Below, one piece after another: positions 23,698 through 36,299 of a DNA stretch of 64,000 nucleotides. The stretch spans positions 3,906,001 to 3,970,000 of the forward strand of contig JAYWIR010000001.1 of NCBI GenBank assembly GCA_036172245.1. The letters run 5' to 3'. Positions within the stretch are counted from its first letter, which is position 1, and every line of letters starts with the position of its first letter. The stretch comes from Raillietiella orientalis (lineage: Eukaryota). The notes below the pieces were generated by a model. That model saw nothing but the letters and a program-made list of their open reading frames with translations, was not told the DNA's origin and ran no database searches. The position numbers and the translations under genes were made by a program.

Positions 23698-26176
23698 TTC
23701 ACATTGAAGGACATTTGCGTTTCACAAAGTTTCTCAACAAAATCTAAACGTACGCACTGATTGACACATTGATGTCTTGCATGACCAATGAGACCAAAAT
23801 TTTCCGCTTCACAAAGAGCCACCAGCTTAACGGAAAGCTCGAAATGTGTTCAATCGTAGTGCAAAGAAATCCTTGTGTGTTTGACTTTGGCTGTGTATTT
23901 CAAAACGAGAAAACACCACAGTCATGAGTGCTCGCCCATCCGTCCTACACTATCGATCAAGCAGCTCTCCAGTAGACTTTTTCCTGCGGACTGGGCAAAT
24001 GGGTGTTTCGAGGAACTTTGCTGGTCAATTCTTTGGTGTATTTGAAATATTCGAAATCCTCAATAGCGAGAATATGGTTGCGAAGTATGTGCGGATACTG
24101 ATATTTGTTTTTCGGCCACCAGCAAAGATACTTAGTAACATTCCTATTAGTAATCTTCGATTTTTCCAACCCACTCGTTGTTATGAACACTAAATTGAAA
24201 AAAAAAAAAAAAAGGGAACGATCAACTATATGCATTACTGTATTCCATGTACATACTCACATGAGAATGCAAAATTCAAATATTGTGGCTGTAATTAAGT
24301 AAAAGGAAGATTTGAGGTCATCTCTAGGGAATCACCGGGGAATGGGAACCGAGAGGTCCCGATAGTACGGATTGCTGCAATTTCATGACATCATGTTGGT
24401 ATTTTAGGTTTACTGCAAAGAACTAATAAGAATTGGGTACCATCTTATGTTAGAGTTCCTAAAGAAAGCCGGACGATTCCTTGGGAAATGCAACAAGGAT
24501 AGAAGCCATTACAAACCTTCACGAATGTCAAGATTGGAACAAACAACTGTTCCAATTTACATCCTCCTGATGAATTGGTACACTAGACATGTTTGGAAAA
24601 AATTGAAATTGCTGCAAATATTTCGTCGTTTCCAGGTGAAAAGACACTAAATTTTCATGATCCTTTACATGACTTATTAAGGAGAAACATACACATTCTT
24701 CATGGTGGCCAAATTCGGTTTAAACATACTTTAATACTTTGCAGTACCAGCCGTTTTCTCAGCAGTGGAAGCAGCATAATCTGATGAGAATTATATTTAG
24801 CACAAAGGATGGCTGCCATCATAAGTATTTCACCTAATCAAGTTTTTTCTTCGTTTTCAATTTTCCTTCCGACCTTTCTTGAGTAAAAACTTGTTTTGAT
24901 ATCGAGTTCATTTCACAAGTTGGTTATGTTTTATTCTTTGTATTAAATATCAGTTGCTGGTCATAATTTGACTTCTAATTTAACTCTTACATACCAGAAA
25001 AAATCCATAAGCAAGTTGCGTGTCGATATCCTGTTTGGATCTTAGACATCAATCAGGATGCTACTGCAAAGTGATTTTTGTAATGAATGTCGGTATGGGA
25101 AGTTGATTTTTGCGATTTAGAGACGAAATATGATTTAGAAGACATTCATTACAAACAATTGCATTTTTGGCTGCCACGGCGAAAAGCAGGGTACCGTAAT
25201 GGCTTTGCCAAATGTGCTTTCATCATCAATAAAAGTTTGTAACGTATTTAGTTTGCTACTGTTTTCTCTTGTACTCTTCACTTTTATGCCTTTTTAAGAA
25301 TCATATTTTCCATAACAGGAAAGAAAGAAGAGCAAAATACTCAATCAATTGTGATAAAACGATTTGCATTGAGTGAGAAATTTTAAATATGCCAGTTCAA
25401 ACAAGCAAATATTAGTTACTGATGAATTTCGTTTTACTTGTCATTTATTTTTTGCCTTAATTCTCGAAGTTTTGTGTTTCCTTAAGCATGTATGTGTTTT
25501 AGCAGAGTGCAATATTCAAAACCATGCTTGTTGGTTTTATATCTTTTGCTTTGCATACACTGAACAAACGTTTTAATGTTTGGTTTTTCCTTTTTGTGCC
25601 GAATGTGTTTTTTTTTCTCACTTGTCAAATCAATATTATCTTGTGTTTTTGTCAACTGTAATGTGATGCATTCCTTTCATACATAGATCTGCATGTTCCT
25701 TTTAAATTTCTTGCTTTCTGCAAGATATTCAGGGCTTTCTAGGCTAATTCAAAGTTTGAATATCTGATCATATCTTACATGACTGCACGTGTAGTTGCAT
25801 TTTCCTTTCAATGGATTCAGAGGTTTCAAAATTTATGCATATTATGAATCAAATCCTTAAAATGCCTATTGGTCCCCTTCTGCTTTTTGATCTGTGGCTT
25901 AATTCAGTTGTTGGTGCAGTAAAACTAGATCTTGATTCTGAAAGTCTGGTGCTAAATTTCTACAAATTGAAAACAAAAACGCTTTTGAGGGAAACGTTAG
26001 TTTTTTGATTGCATCGTAGATTTATTCATTCCTAGTCATTCCACATTTAGTCTTTTTATCAGAACTGTCTGCCGAGATGCTAACTACGAATGGTGTTTCT
26101 ATGCTTTAGGAGTCAAGCTCAACTTAAGTGGTGTAAAAGTGATGTACACTTCTTGAGATAATATGCTGACTTCAAT

Positions 26177-28820
26177 TCAAAATCCAAAATCCCAATCAAT
26201 ATGTTGTGGCACTTTGATCATCTCATAGCATACTATTAGATCCCCAGTTTGGAAATGCAAATCTGGCCTAGGCAGTTTTAATCCACATTCAACATTTTTC
26301 TTAACTGAGCTCACTTCCTCTTTTAAATGATATAAAGAAACAATGTTACCTAAAGTGAATGAGCAAACAAACATCATAACCAACAAACATACCAGTGTAA
26401 AGCACTTGGTCTCCTCTGATTAATTTGTACAAAGCATGTTTTTTTAAGATGCCTTTTACACAAAGGCACCCAGCTACTGGTACTTTGCGCCTACCTTCAC
26501 TGACCAGGAATTCCTGAATCACATGGGCCTCTCCTGTGTACAAATGCCCCTCTGAATGCAAAGAGAAAATTTACAAACCTAATATACTTTCCCCATCTGT
26601 GGGGGGCAACTGCTGGTCAATATCTTGTTTCATTTCTTCCAAAAGTTTGTAGATCACATTGTACTTTTTGATGATAACATTTTTACTTTTAGCATACTGC
26701 TTCACATCAGATAAAACATTTACATTGAATGTATATATCAAGCCTAGGAGCAAATACTTACTTACATACTTACAAATTATGAACACAAACCTTTAAACAA
26801 ATGGGCCATTTCAACATCATTCTGATTCACATCACCTACTCCATAGTGAACTATGTCCAGAATGCATACAGATGAATGAAATGTGCCTAGGATATCCAAA
26901 AGGGCTTCCACAGATCCTGCTACATCTCCTGGTGCTTGAATAAGAGTGCATTCAAGCCAGATCATTTTTTACCTTTGATTACAACCGAAAAACGAGGTCG
27001 TGAATCACTAACCATTTCCTTGGTTTGTGAGTTTAAAACAGAAAATCTTTCCTGCTCAGGTTGTTTGTGTTCCTAAAAAGATGCCTACAGATATGCACCA
27101 ATGAGTCGAATGTTTACCTGCAGATGCTCTCTAGTGTTATTCTCAATTGCTTCTAAATCCTCCTGTTTGTGATACAATGATCTTTGGTGTCGCCATCGTA
27201 CTACTTCATGAGCTACTTTCTTCACAAAATATTCCTAGACCATTAGAAGCTTAAAGTTACCTCTGATTTCACTTCTAGCATTTCATCCCCAGCATCAGGT
27301 AGATTTCTCCATCCTGCTATTTCAACAGGCGTTGATGGAATGGCTTTGGCAAGAGGCTGGCCTCGATCATCAAACATGGCCCTCACTTTTGCATATGCTG
27401 ATCCAGCCACTAATACAGCACTTTTGCTTAAGGTACCTCTCTGAATAATGGCAGTAGCCAGAATTCTACCAAAGAAACTAGTTATGCATATGACAAAGAA
27501 AACATACCCTCGGTATGTATCCTTTTTGGATTCAACAATAATTCCCTCTACTGGTCCATGAGGGTCTGCTTTCAAATCCAGTAATTCAGCTTGTAACCAA
27601 ATAGCTTCAGTAAGTTCATTTAAATTGGTACCATGTAAAGCTGAAATGCATACACACTGCATATCACCTCCCCAGTCCTCGAGTTGCAAGCCATGTGACA
27701 GTAAGGAGTGTTTCACAGCATCCTTGAAGGAATTTATAAAGCAATCGCTTTTTGTATAAAAATTATAAGTACCAGAGTTTGAGCTGATACTTTGTCAATC
27801 TTATTCATTGCTACAATAATGGGAACTACACAAAAGTTTTGTGAATGAATAATGCCTCTATTACCTTGTGCTGCCTGGGCCAACCTGATGGACTCTATTG
27901 TTTGGGGCATCACACCATCATCTGCTGCTACCACCAGCACAATTATATCAGTTACATGAGCTCCACGAGCTCGCATTGCATGAAAGGCAGCATGACCAGG
28001 AGTATCCAGAAATGTGATTGTCCTCCCAGAAGCCAAAGTCACTATCAAAGTTTTCCTATTTCATGTTTACTCAGAATGCAACATACCCTTAAAGGCACCT
28101 ATATGTTGGGTGATACCACCAAATTCTTGACTGACAATGGAACTTCGTCTCAGGCTATCCAGAAGAGTTGTTTTTCCATGATCTACATGTCCCATGATTG
28201 TAACTACTGGAGAGCGTTTCACCAGAGCAGCAGGATCAGCTGGAGGTCTAGGGCTTTTATTAATTAACTATGCTGAAACCTCACACCTTCGTTTGACATC
28301 CTTTGATGCAATCGTGTCCTCTATTTTCTTGGGAGTTGTTACAATAAAGCGACACTTTGATATGTGAATCACATTTTTTATTACTTCAAGATCATGAATT
28401 ATAGAGGAAGCATTATCAAAAGAATCAGAGGTGTTGGCATAAAGCAAGGCCTCAAACACATTATCTATATAAAGTAAGGCTACAACAATTCTTTTTTTTT
28501 CTTACTAATGTTTGTGTTGAGAGCATCTGCTAACTGTTGAACTGTCATATTTTTCCATATGGGAACCACAGGTTTTTGTTTATGTTTTGATTTGGACTCT
28601 GGTATTTCCTAATGATATTTTAAAAGGATTTTTTACATAATTTTGCTTATACCCAGTCTTTCACCTTGATTTGAGTTTCTTTTCTTTGTTTAAGATATAC
28701 AGAACGAAAATGGAAGAATCTAGAGCAGCAACCACAAAGAATAAACCTTGCTTGTTGTTGTTCACATCTTATTTTTGATACAGCAAGCTGAATAATACTT
28801 CTGAGACAACTTGCATGCAT
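26177..28820 (-). CDS. MTIF2: Mitochondrial translation initiation factor IF-2, multi-exon
   Basis: '[17 protein letters not shown]', '[39 protein letters not shown]', 'NKIDK', 'GDVAGSVEA', C-terminus 'IDWDFGF*'. Presequence-like N-terminus from the ATG at 28820. Confidence 0.95.
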
Positions 28821-28984
28821 TGCACATTCAATTATAACTCAAGACAAATCAAGATGCATGGAAAAAAGACTGCTCAAAAAATGATTATTATTGAATGGCA
28901 TCTGTAACTACATTAATAGAAATTTATTCGTATCATTATGGATGCTTGAAATCTGAAACGTTAAAAGCAAACATGTCCGAATGT

Positions 28985-30367
28985 TTATTTTATTCTTGAA
29001 CAACCAACAGTGTTGTCAAACAGGCGAGGATTATCAAAAATCCCTTCTTTGTTCAGTAGATAATGAAATTTCTTTCCTTTAATTTTAATAGGCAGATAAC
29101 TTGGCATATGGTTGCGAGAACTTTTGCATTCCAAACAAATCAGAGGCACATTTAAAGTCTTTTTCCCATGAAACAAATTATAGATTACAAATGTAACTGT
29201 TCTTCCGCCTTTGTTTAAAATAATTGAATGAACTGTTCGATTGGCAAAAATACAAGCACCACAGACACCTAAAAGGCCTAAAAGGAAATATAATTACAAT
29301 TATGATTACCACTGGATTCATGGACAGGCACACAAACCTTACATAAAAAACATTTGCAACACATACAAGTGCAATTTCCTACTTTAATAAACCAACTGAT
29401 TCATAAAACAAAATGAGAAACGAAATGCTCCACAATAATTAACGCTACAATGACCAATATATGTATGGGAAGTTTCAATTTTTGTCACAATACTTATATA
29501 GCAAAAATATCTGATGAAATGAATATACTAATTTTTTAAAAATCGAAAAACTCAAGCTAATTAATCAAGCATTTCATCAAAAGGGGAATCCTTTAACAAA
29601 AAAGGAGAATCAAAAGGAGAATGTAGTTAACTTTTTTACAAATGGCACTTGTTGCTTTTATCTTGAGCCTGAAAACCAAAGATTAGAAACCCTGCCTGAA
29701 AACCAAAGATTTTGGTTTTCTGTGGAATTACTTTCAACGGATGATAAAATCTAATTGCTTTTCACATGAACAAAAATTCAACCGCTATGAGGGCTACATG
29801 CTCAATTCTGTATTTTTCATCACTCAAAGTTCAAATGCCTCAAACATGACTACTTCCAGTTTTGATTTCACTCCATAAACGATCTTCATTTTTGCAATTA
29901 TTTACTTTTAATGATTTACATTCAAAACTTTTGCGATTCGTGGCTGGGGCAACACCAAACACATAGATTGAACAAGCCAACATATACCACCTGTGCTTAC
30001 TTCTAAAAACAAATGCAAACAAACAAGAATCACTACCTATGAATATTAATCCTACGCAAGCAACATTCCATTTCCAGCTTTCAAATAGTGAAATTCCTCG
30101 ATAAACATCATTCCTGTCACTTGATTTTCCAGAAATATTGCTTATGCTCCACACATTATATGCACTAAATGACCAAAACCCACACTGAGAAACAGCAATA
30201 AATCTCATACGATTTACAAAAGTAGTGTTGTCATGAACAAACAGAACCACGTCCTTTGGGACATTGGTGTCCACTTCAAATGGTAATCTGGAACTTCCAT
30301 AACGTACTGTGAATTTCTTTGAGAAATTCTGCAAGGCACGGGGACCATTCCTCAATACCCGCAGCAT
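28985..30367 (-). CDS. TMEM223: Transmembrane protein 223 (mitochondrial), 2 coding exons: 30367-30037 and 29277-28985
   Basis: 'VPKDVVLFVHD...SQCGFW', 'RTVHSIILNKGGRTVTF', 'LPIKIKGKKFHYLLNKEGIFDNPRLFDNTVG'; phase-1 GT-AG intron in frame. Confidence 0.88.
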
Positions 30368-31199
30368 TGCTGCAAGTTCCCAACATTCCCACGTTTCATA
30401 TGGTACAAATTACATGGTTGGGTGGGACATGCAAGGTATTTCTAGTTATTAAGCAACCTAGGTAAATCAGCAGTGGAGTGTACATTAGTGCATCTAGAAA
30501 TCACCAACTTTTGCTTGATTTTGAAAGAGCAGTCTTGAAAAATCAACACGTTAATGGTTTCACCATTAATGAGTCAAGTAAAGCATATAGTAAAAGCCGA
30601 TTAAATACACAGTAAATGAAAGCATTTACTTTGAAATAAGAAAATCCTCACATAGGACTTGTTTTTAAAAATTCAGAGATATTACGGTCCAGTGTACAAC
30701 TGATGAAGTGAGAGACGGGAAACAGCAGACCGCCCAGCAGTATCGAGAATTTACGATTGTACACGAAATATATGAATATTGCATTTTTCGTGTACAATCG
30801 TATGTATGTATGCTGTGAATTATCAATTATGGACAGACGTTTACTAAAACAATGTACAGTTCATCTGAAGTGTACAGAGAATGGTTAGTAAGAGGGCAAC
30901 ACAGAAGTTGTGATGGTCAGACTAGCAGAAAACTGCAAAACTTCACGAGTCTCAATCTGCTTTTGGTACGAGTCAGAAAAAAATGTGTTCCATTCAGAAG
31001 GGAAGGGTCTAATAAAAAATAATCAACATTCGGGTTATCAAGGGTTTAATGGAGGTGCTTCTAATTTTTGTCTCCTCCTCCTTTCTTATCTGGAGCGTAA
31101 GAAAAAGCGGATGAGTGGATATTGCCGAGCACGACGTCAGAGTGCTAAGCTTTTTTTTTTTTTTTTTTGAACTCCCAAGTGGACGGATAAGAAAAATGA

Positions 31200-33000
31200 G
31201 TTGAAATGGAGCAGTTTTTTGGGGGATTAAGAAAATATACTTCCAAATCTTTGAAGAATGGATGGAGGAATCGAGTCAAGATCAGAGAGAAGACTGCAAC
31301 AAAATAGAGGATTCACATAGAAGAAACCATATGGAAACGGAAATTTCCTCATTCAAAGGATCTTAACCACGAGTTTTCATAGTAAATAGCAGTTTTGGTA
31401 GCCAATTCTTGCCCATACGTATTGAAATTCCAGAGAGTACTCAAAACATTACAGTTAAAAACGCAGTTGCATAGAATGTTAATGTAAGTGCAATCCGGTA
31501 ATGTACTCCAAAAGGTATTTAAAAATACTTAGAAAAGATCCCATTTTGCATGAAGTCACAACTGAGAATATTCTGAAAACAACGTCTGAAACTAAGGTCT
31601 GGTAAAATTTGCTTGGTTCGGAAAAACGGACTTCTTACTGTTTACTTTTCAACAGAGCTCTTTTCTGGTATTTAAATTCTCGCAGTATCTCTATGGGAAA
31701 TATTTTCGTTATTAAGAATACTCATGAGAACAAAATGTTCAAAAGTCGTTATTAGGACAATCAATCTTGTGTTACATCGCATGCATACTACTTGGCATTG
31801 ACAAACCGCATTCAATTTTTGGAAGAGCTTAGAGAAAGTCATTAGTAAAACTTTGTATGTCCTTGATAAATGTGTGATAGGTAGTCTTCCAATAGTGATG
31901 TCCTCAAGATTCGATTTGATAAATTCCCATGTTGCGGCGTTACGTTAAGTAAATCTTTCTTAAATACTGTTGAGCTGTATCTCGAATTTGCAAATGTCTG
32001 ATAGAAAAAGTAGTTGGAAATAATCCTTGGTGTGCTCCTTTAATCAATAAATATGAAATTCCCGACTTTTGATATGAATCCATCTCAGATTTAAGAAGTT
32101 ATTTTGGGTGTGATGAATGGAATCCACGGATAAAGTGCATTCAATGAGTAAATCTAAAATTTATCCAACAAAAGCTCACTCTGTCGGAAAGGATCTAGCT
32201 CGAAGTCCCAATCACCATTGATGATTCTAATTGCCTTAAAAGTAGAATTATTTAGACTGCAATGGAAAACATGTGGACAATACAGAGAAGAAATCTCTAA
32301 TGTTGAAACTGCTGATACAGACAAGTGCATATATCTTGTGGAAACAAATACCGAAAAAAATCCCCAATTCATGCAGACAAGCAGTTACATCCTGTTGGTG
32401 GATGTACGTGCTAAGATCGGAGCCGTACAACAAATTTTGCTGATGGACTCCGAGATGTGACGGCTATGGAGACCTATAGATCGACCTTTGCAGCATAATC
32501 TCTCATCCTCGATGAAAAGAAGCGGAGATCACTCGTGGAAATATTTGCCGCTATACTAAGAAATGGTCAAAGGTATTCGCTCATTTAGGTGTCAAATAAC
32601 GGAAGATCACTTCATGACGTCCAAAAAATGGTGCGCTTCAAGGGTGAAGAGGGAATCATCCAGTTGCCAACATTTCACTTAGACTTGAACTGTCATAGAG
32701 GACACTGTTGTGATACAGGACGTGTCCTGGGGATGCTATTAGTTTCCTTTGTTTTTAATTGAACCTTCCTTATACTCCCATTCTGATCACAACCCGAAGA
32801 ATGAATCTAAGCTCCTTCAGAAGAAGGCATGCCTTTCGAATAAGGTCCCACTTTCCATTCCCACAGGCTACAGCGAAGCCTACGACTACAACTGTTGATT
32901 TCCTGACATTCACGGAAGCAGTAGAAAAGTTTTTTTCTTGGACTCCTGCTGCATATTCCTCCGCTCGAGCCCTTCCTTTTCTAGAATTCATTAGGATCTC
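31200..33000 (-). other. Endogenous viral element B: degraded rhabdovirus-like L gene
   Basis: On minus in order: 'GNGKWDLIRK' (cf. GN..YDLIK), 'GHV', 'ELGIFFGICFHKIYALVCISSFNIRDFF' (cf. GRFFSLMS..LR), 'QVVC' (cf. NQVIC), 'TGLHL', 'YGQ'. Weak plus-strand look-alikes also exist, so the strand is less sure. Confidence 0.4.
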
Positions 33001-34699
33001 CATCTCTCAAGAAGGCATTATAAGTTTCAGGAGTTGACATTGGCCGAGACAACTGAGGTCCTTCAGGGATCATCTTGCGTATCTGGTTTACCAATATGTG
33101 AAAATCCTTAGAAGGCTCTAACGTTCTTTTGAAGGACGAAACTAAAGGAGAAGAGTCAGATCAGCAAGAGGGGAAGGAAAGTTCAAAAAATTCAGCTACG
33201 CATCTAATATTCGTTCCAGATGCGTTTCTTTTGCTAGTAATGGAATGGTCCGTTTCTTCACCACAGATCGTTTTCCTCTTATATGACTCAGGAGCTTCGC
33301 TGTAGCATGCCGTAACAACAACAAAATACATTGCAGATCCGATTTTGGGAAGAAAAAGGAGGTTCTTGGGAAGGAAGCTGATGCCTGCATCCAGGAAAAA
33401 TTTCAGCCTTCTTCCGACGAGTGAGAAGATTCCATGCGACTCTCAGTCACACGAGTGATTTACCGCAGAATGGTGAAACCCATCTCATGGACTTTCGAAT
33501 GAGAGCTTGAAGACCACAAAGAAGAAACTAGTGCACCCTTTACGCGTGGGGCGAAAGCAGGAGGGCGAAGGGCAGGGAAACCTGTGATTCTTTCCCTGCA
33601 GTTGGGTTCCTCTTGAGATTTGTTAGTTCCGGAGGAATCGCCTGCTGAGATGATGAGCCGGTGGCGAACCTCAAAAACAAGTCGAGGAAGCTCTCAATGT
33701 CAAACAAACTGCGACAGAAAGAATTCCATCGTGCATTTCAACACAAACAGAGATTCTTTTTCCCCTCCTTCTATCGGGAATAAGATCTGCCATATTTGTA
33801 TTCTTGCTGGAGGATCAGTTGCATGCGGCATTTCTTTGGACGGTTGTTTGCAGTGCAACATGATGCGAGCTCAGGACGATAACCGCGGATCTGCATGCGC
33901 CGGACGTCTTCGGCCGATCTAGAGCTGGCCAAATCGCGAGATGGATGATATGGTTCTGCTCCCCCGAATTCTTGATCCTTGTTTTCACTTCGAACCACAC
34001 CGAGTCGAAAAATGGCAAACATTTGCAGGAAAGAAGAGGGTGCTGGAATTCGGAACGAGAGAGCTATCTCCTCCTCAAAAGATGGTTCTTCTTCCCAAAT
34101 TGCTTGTCAGCTGTTCAATCTGCGAGCGCCTTTTCACGGTGGGAAACAAGTGTTTAAGCTAATGTTAGTCCCAAACCTTGAGGAAAAGCAAGATAACACG
34201 CAAACAAACACATTTTAACGTGGATGCTGTATGATGCATCATTCCAAAACTGTTCCTCTCCAATTCTTCCTCCGTCTTTAATTACAGCATTTCGATCACC
34301 TCTATTTTTAAGCATGTAAACTGGCACTCGGAAGTGCTCCCTGGTCTCCTGATTTTAAGTATCGCGTTGCTCAGAGTAAGGAACCTCTATTTTGTTACTC
34401 GAACGAAATGGAGCCTATAAGAAGACTTTGACCAACTGAAATCTTCCAGTGCTAGGAACCTAGATGTCCTTGTTTCATGTGTCACTTTTCGTATAGGCAC
34501 TGGAGCGCATGTAGTACGACCTCGATGAAATCGCTGGCTGTCTCTCTACAAGGCGATCGACTGTCGACCTGGTTCATCTTCTTGGCTTCACAATTAGAGA
34601 GACCGCTTCCATTTTGAGACGCCTCGATCGGTGATAACTGTATCTTGAGAGCATAGGAAGGCGAGGAGCACTCAGGAGGAAGTCCGATGTCCGGGGCAT

Positions 34700-36250
34700 A
34701 GCGGGAGAAATCTTTCACGTTCACAGAAGATGCACTTTTTTCGACAGAATAGTAGGTGGAAAAAAAAATATTTTCATCTTATCAGATTTCTTTATCTTAT
34801 CAGGCTTGTCCAGCAAGCATTCCCATCCAAAGTAGGAAATTCTTTCTCATTGGAGCGGAGGAAGGAGAATCCACTCCATTCCGATCTAAGCTTGCAATGG
34901 ACGTTGAAAGATTTAACCGAGAGGAATGGCAGAATCAAAAGGCTTATAATATCCTCCTATGTTTTCAAAACATACCTCGTCTTGGAAATAACAAGAAGAG
35001 AAAATAAGGGAGATGAAAGTGAGATTTCCGATCATGAGAGGTTACAGAGGATTGGGACATTGCATTAAATGTGTGGGAATTAAGGACCTGTGGGTTTCCA
35101 GTATCAGAAAAAAAAAACATTCCTTTTGCAGCAGCGATCCATCAACCATTGTTCTTCCAGCCTTCATACTGTGTATAAGGGTGCCACTGATGAAAAAAAA
35201 TTCCAACTTTTAATTCAATGTGTACTTGGAATGATCAGAGAGTGTCGCTTTTGCGTGTTGCTAACAGATGGCATAGGTGGTGCGCTATGTACTTGCGAGG
35301 AACGCGCGAGTGGAAAATAATGTAAAATACTGGCTTGATCAGTTTGGGGATACAAGCTTAGTGACAAAGAATGAACTTTGCATGCCCTAGTAGGTTTAGA
35401 TAGTAGAGTTTAGGCTACAGGGTTTATTAGCCCTGCACCACAAGAACTGCTTAACCGATGCTTCCTGAATGTCTAAGACAGCTTCCATTTGAAAACGTGC
35501 AAGTTATTCAGACTTTACTAAGTTCAGTTTCGTCGTGCATGAGTAAGATATGCAGAAAGGCAAAACCTTCTTGCGGTAACATCTATCCATGATCCATCAC
35601 CACCGTCTGTCTATCTGTCTGGGTGTAATGTCACAGTGGGCTCGGACACCAGGGTTCCGAACAGGCACGCATCGTGCGAGGGCAAGAGTGTAGATCACAA
35701 AGTGCAGCTTGATCACCTGCAACGAGGGTGACTACCATGGTGTCCACAAGTGTTCAGGAGCTATCTTTGTTTAAATAGCTTCCTGGATTTCACAGAACAT
35801 TACGAGATTGAGAGAAACTAGGAGACTGATCTTTTCTGTAAGGGACGCTTAACAGGTCTTAGCTTGGTCCGGACAAGGCGCTGTTTAACCAATACAGAGC
35901 CACTTCGTTACCCAGTCGTTAATCTTCATTGCAATTTCTTCTTGTAGGGCGCATACGAGATACATTTCGGGAGACAATCCTAGTACGGAAGTTCAGAATC
36001 TGAAATATAAAAAAGCACCGACGTCATATTATCAGACAAGCAAGATGAGCTTCAGCACCAAGTGAACTGAACTGAGATCATCACCGTTTAGAGATCGTTC
36101 GGGAAATCGGAAGGAGCACATGGAAACTAGATGGAAAAATCTTCCATACTCTCCTGGTATTCAAAAGAGATCAGACCGAAGGTGAAAGTCCTCATCAGTT
36201 TCTAAGGGATCCATTGCAGCCAGTGGGTGGGAAGCCAGTTCGTGTACAAG
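34700..36250 (+). other. Endogenous viral element C: degraded Mononegavirales-like L RdRp core
   Basis: In order: 'GYRGLGHCI' (~35050; WGHP), 'VTKNEL' (~35365; KEREL), 'DMQKGKTFLR' (~35547; motif A DxxKWN..R), 'GHQG' (~35645), 'EGDYH' (~35725; QGDNQ), 'LRET', 'FLRDPL' (~36200). Confidence 0.55.
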
Positions 36251-36299
36251 GTGTTCTTGCACCCAGACAAATTTTCGAATGGTGTCCGTGAGAATCCCG

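Noticed and set aside
23900-25300. Short ORFs and splice-like sites upstream of CFAP44
   Set aside because: Could not assemble a consistent gene model or recognise a protein.
29667-29720. 18-bp direct repeat gcctgaaaaccaaagatt with a small hairpin
   Set aside because: Only two copies, inside the TMEM223 intron; likely local slippage rather than an array.
32460-33530. Plus-strand L-like motifs (RLWRPID, GKESSK, ELEDHK)
   Set aside because: Weaker than the minus-strand series; a separate fragment at 33100-33530 cannot be excluded but is not supportable by eye.
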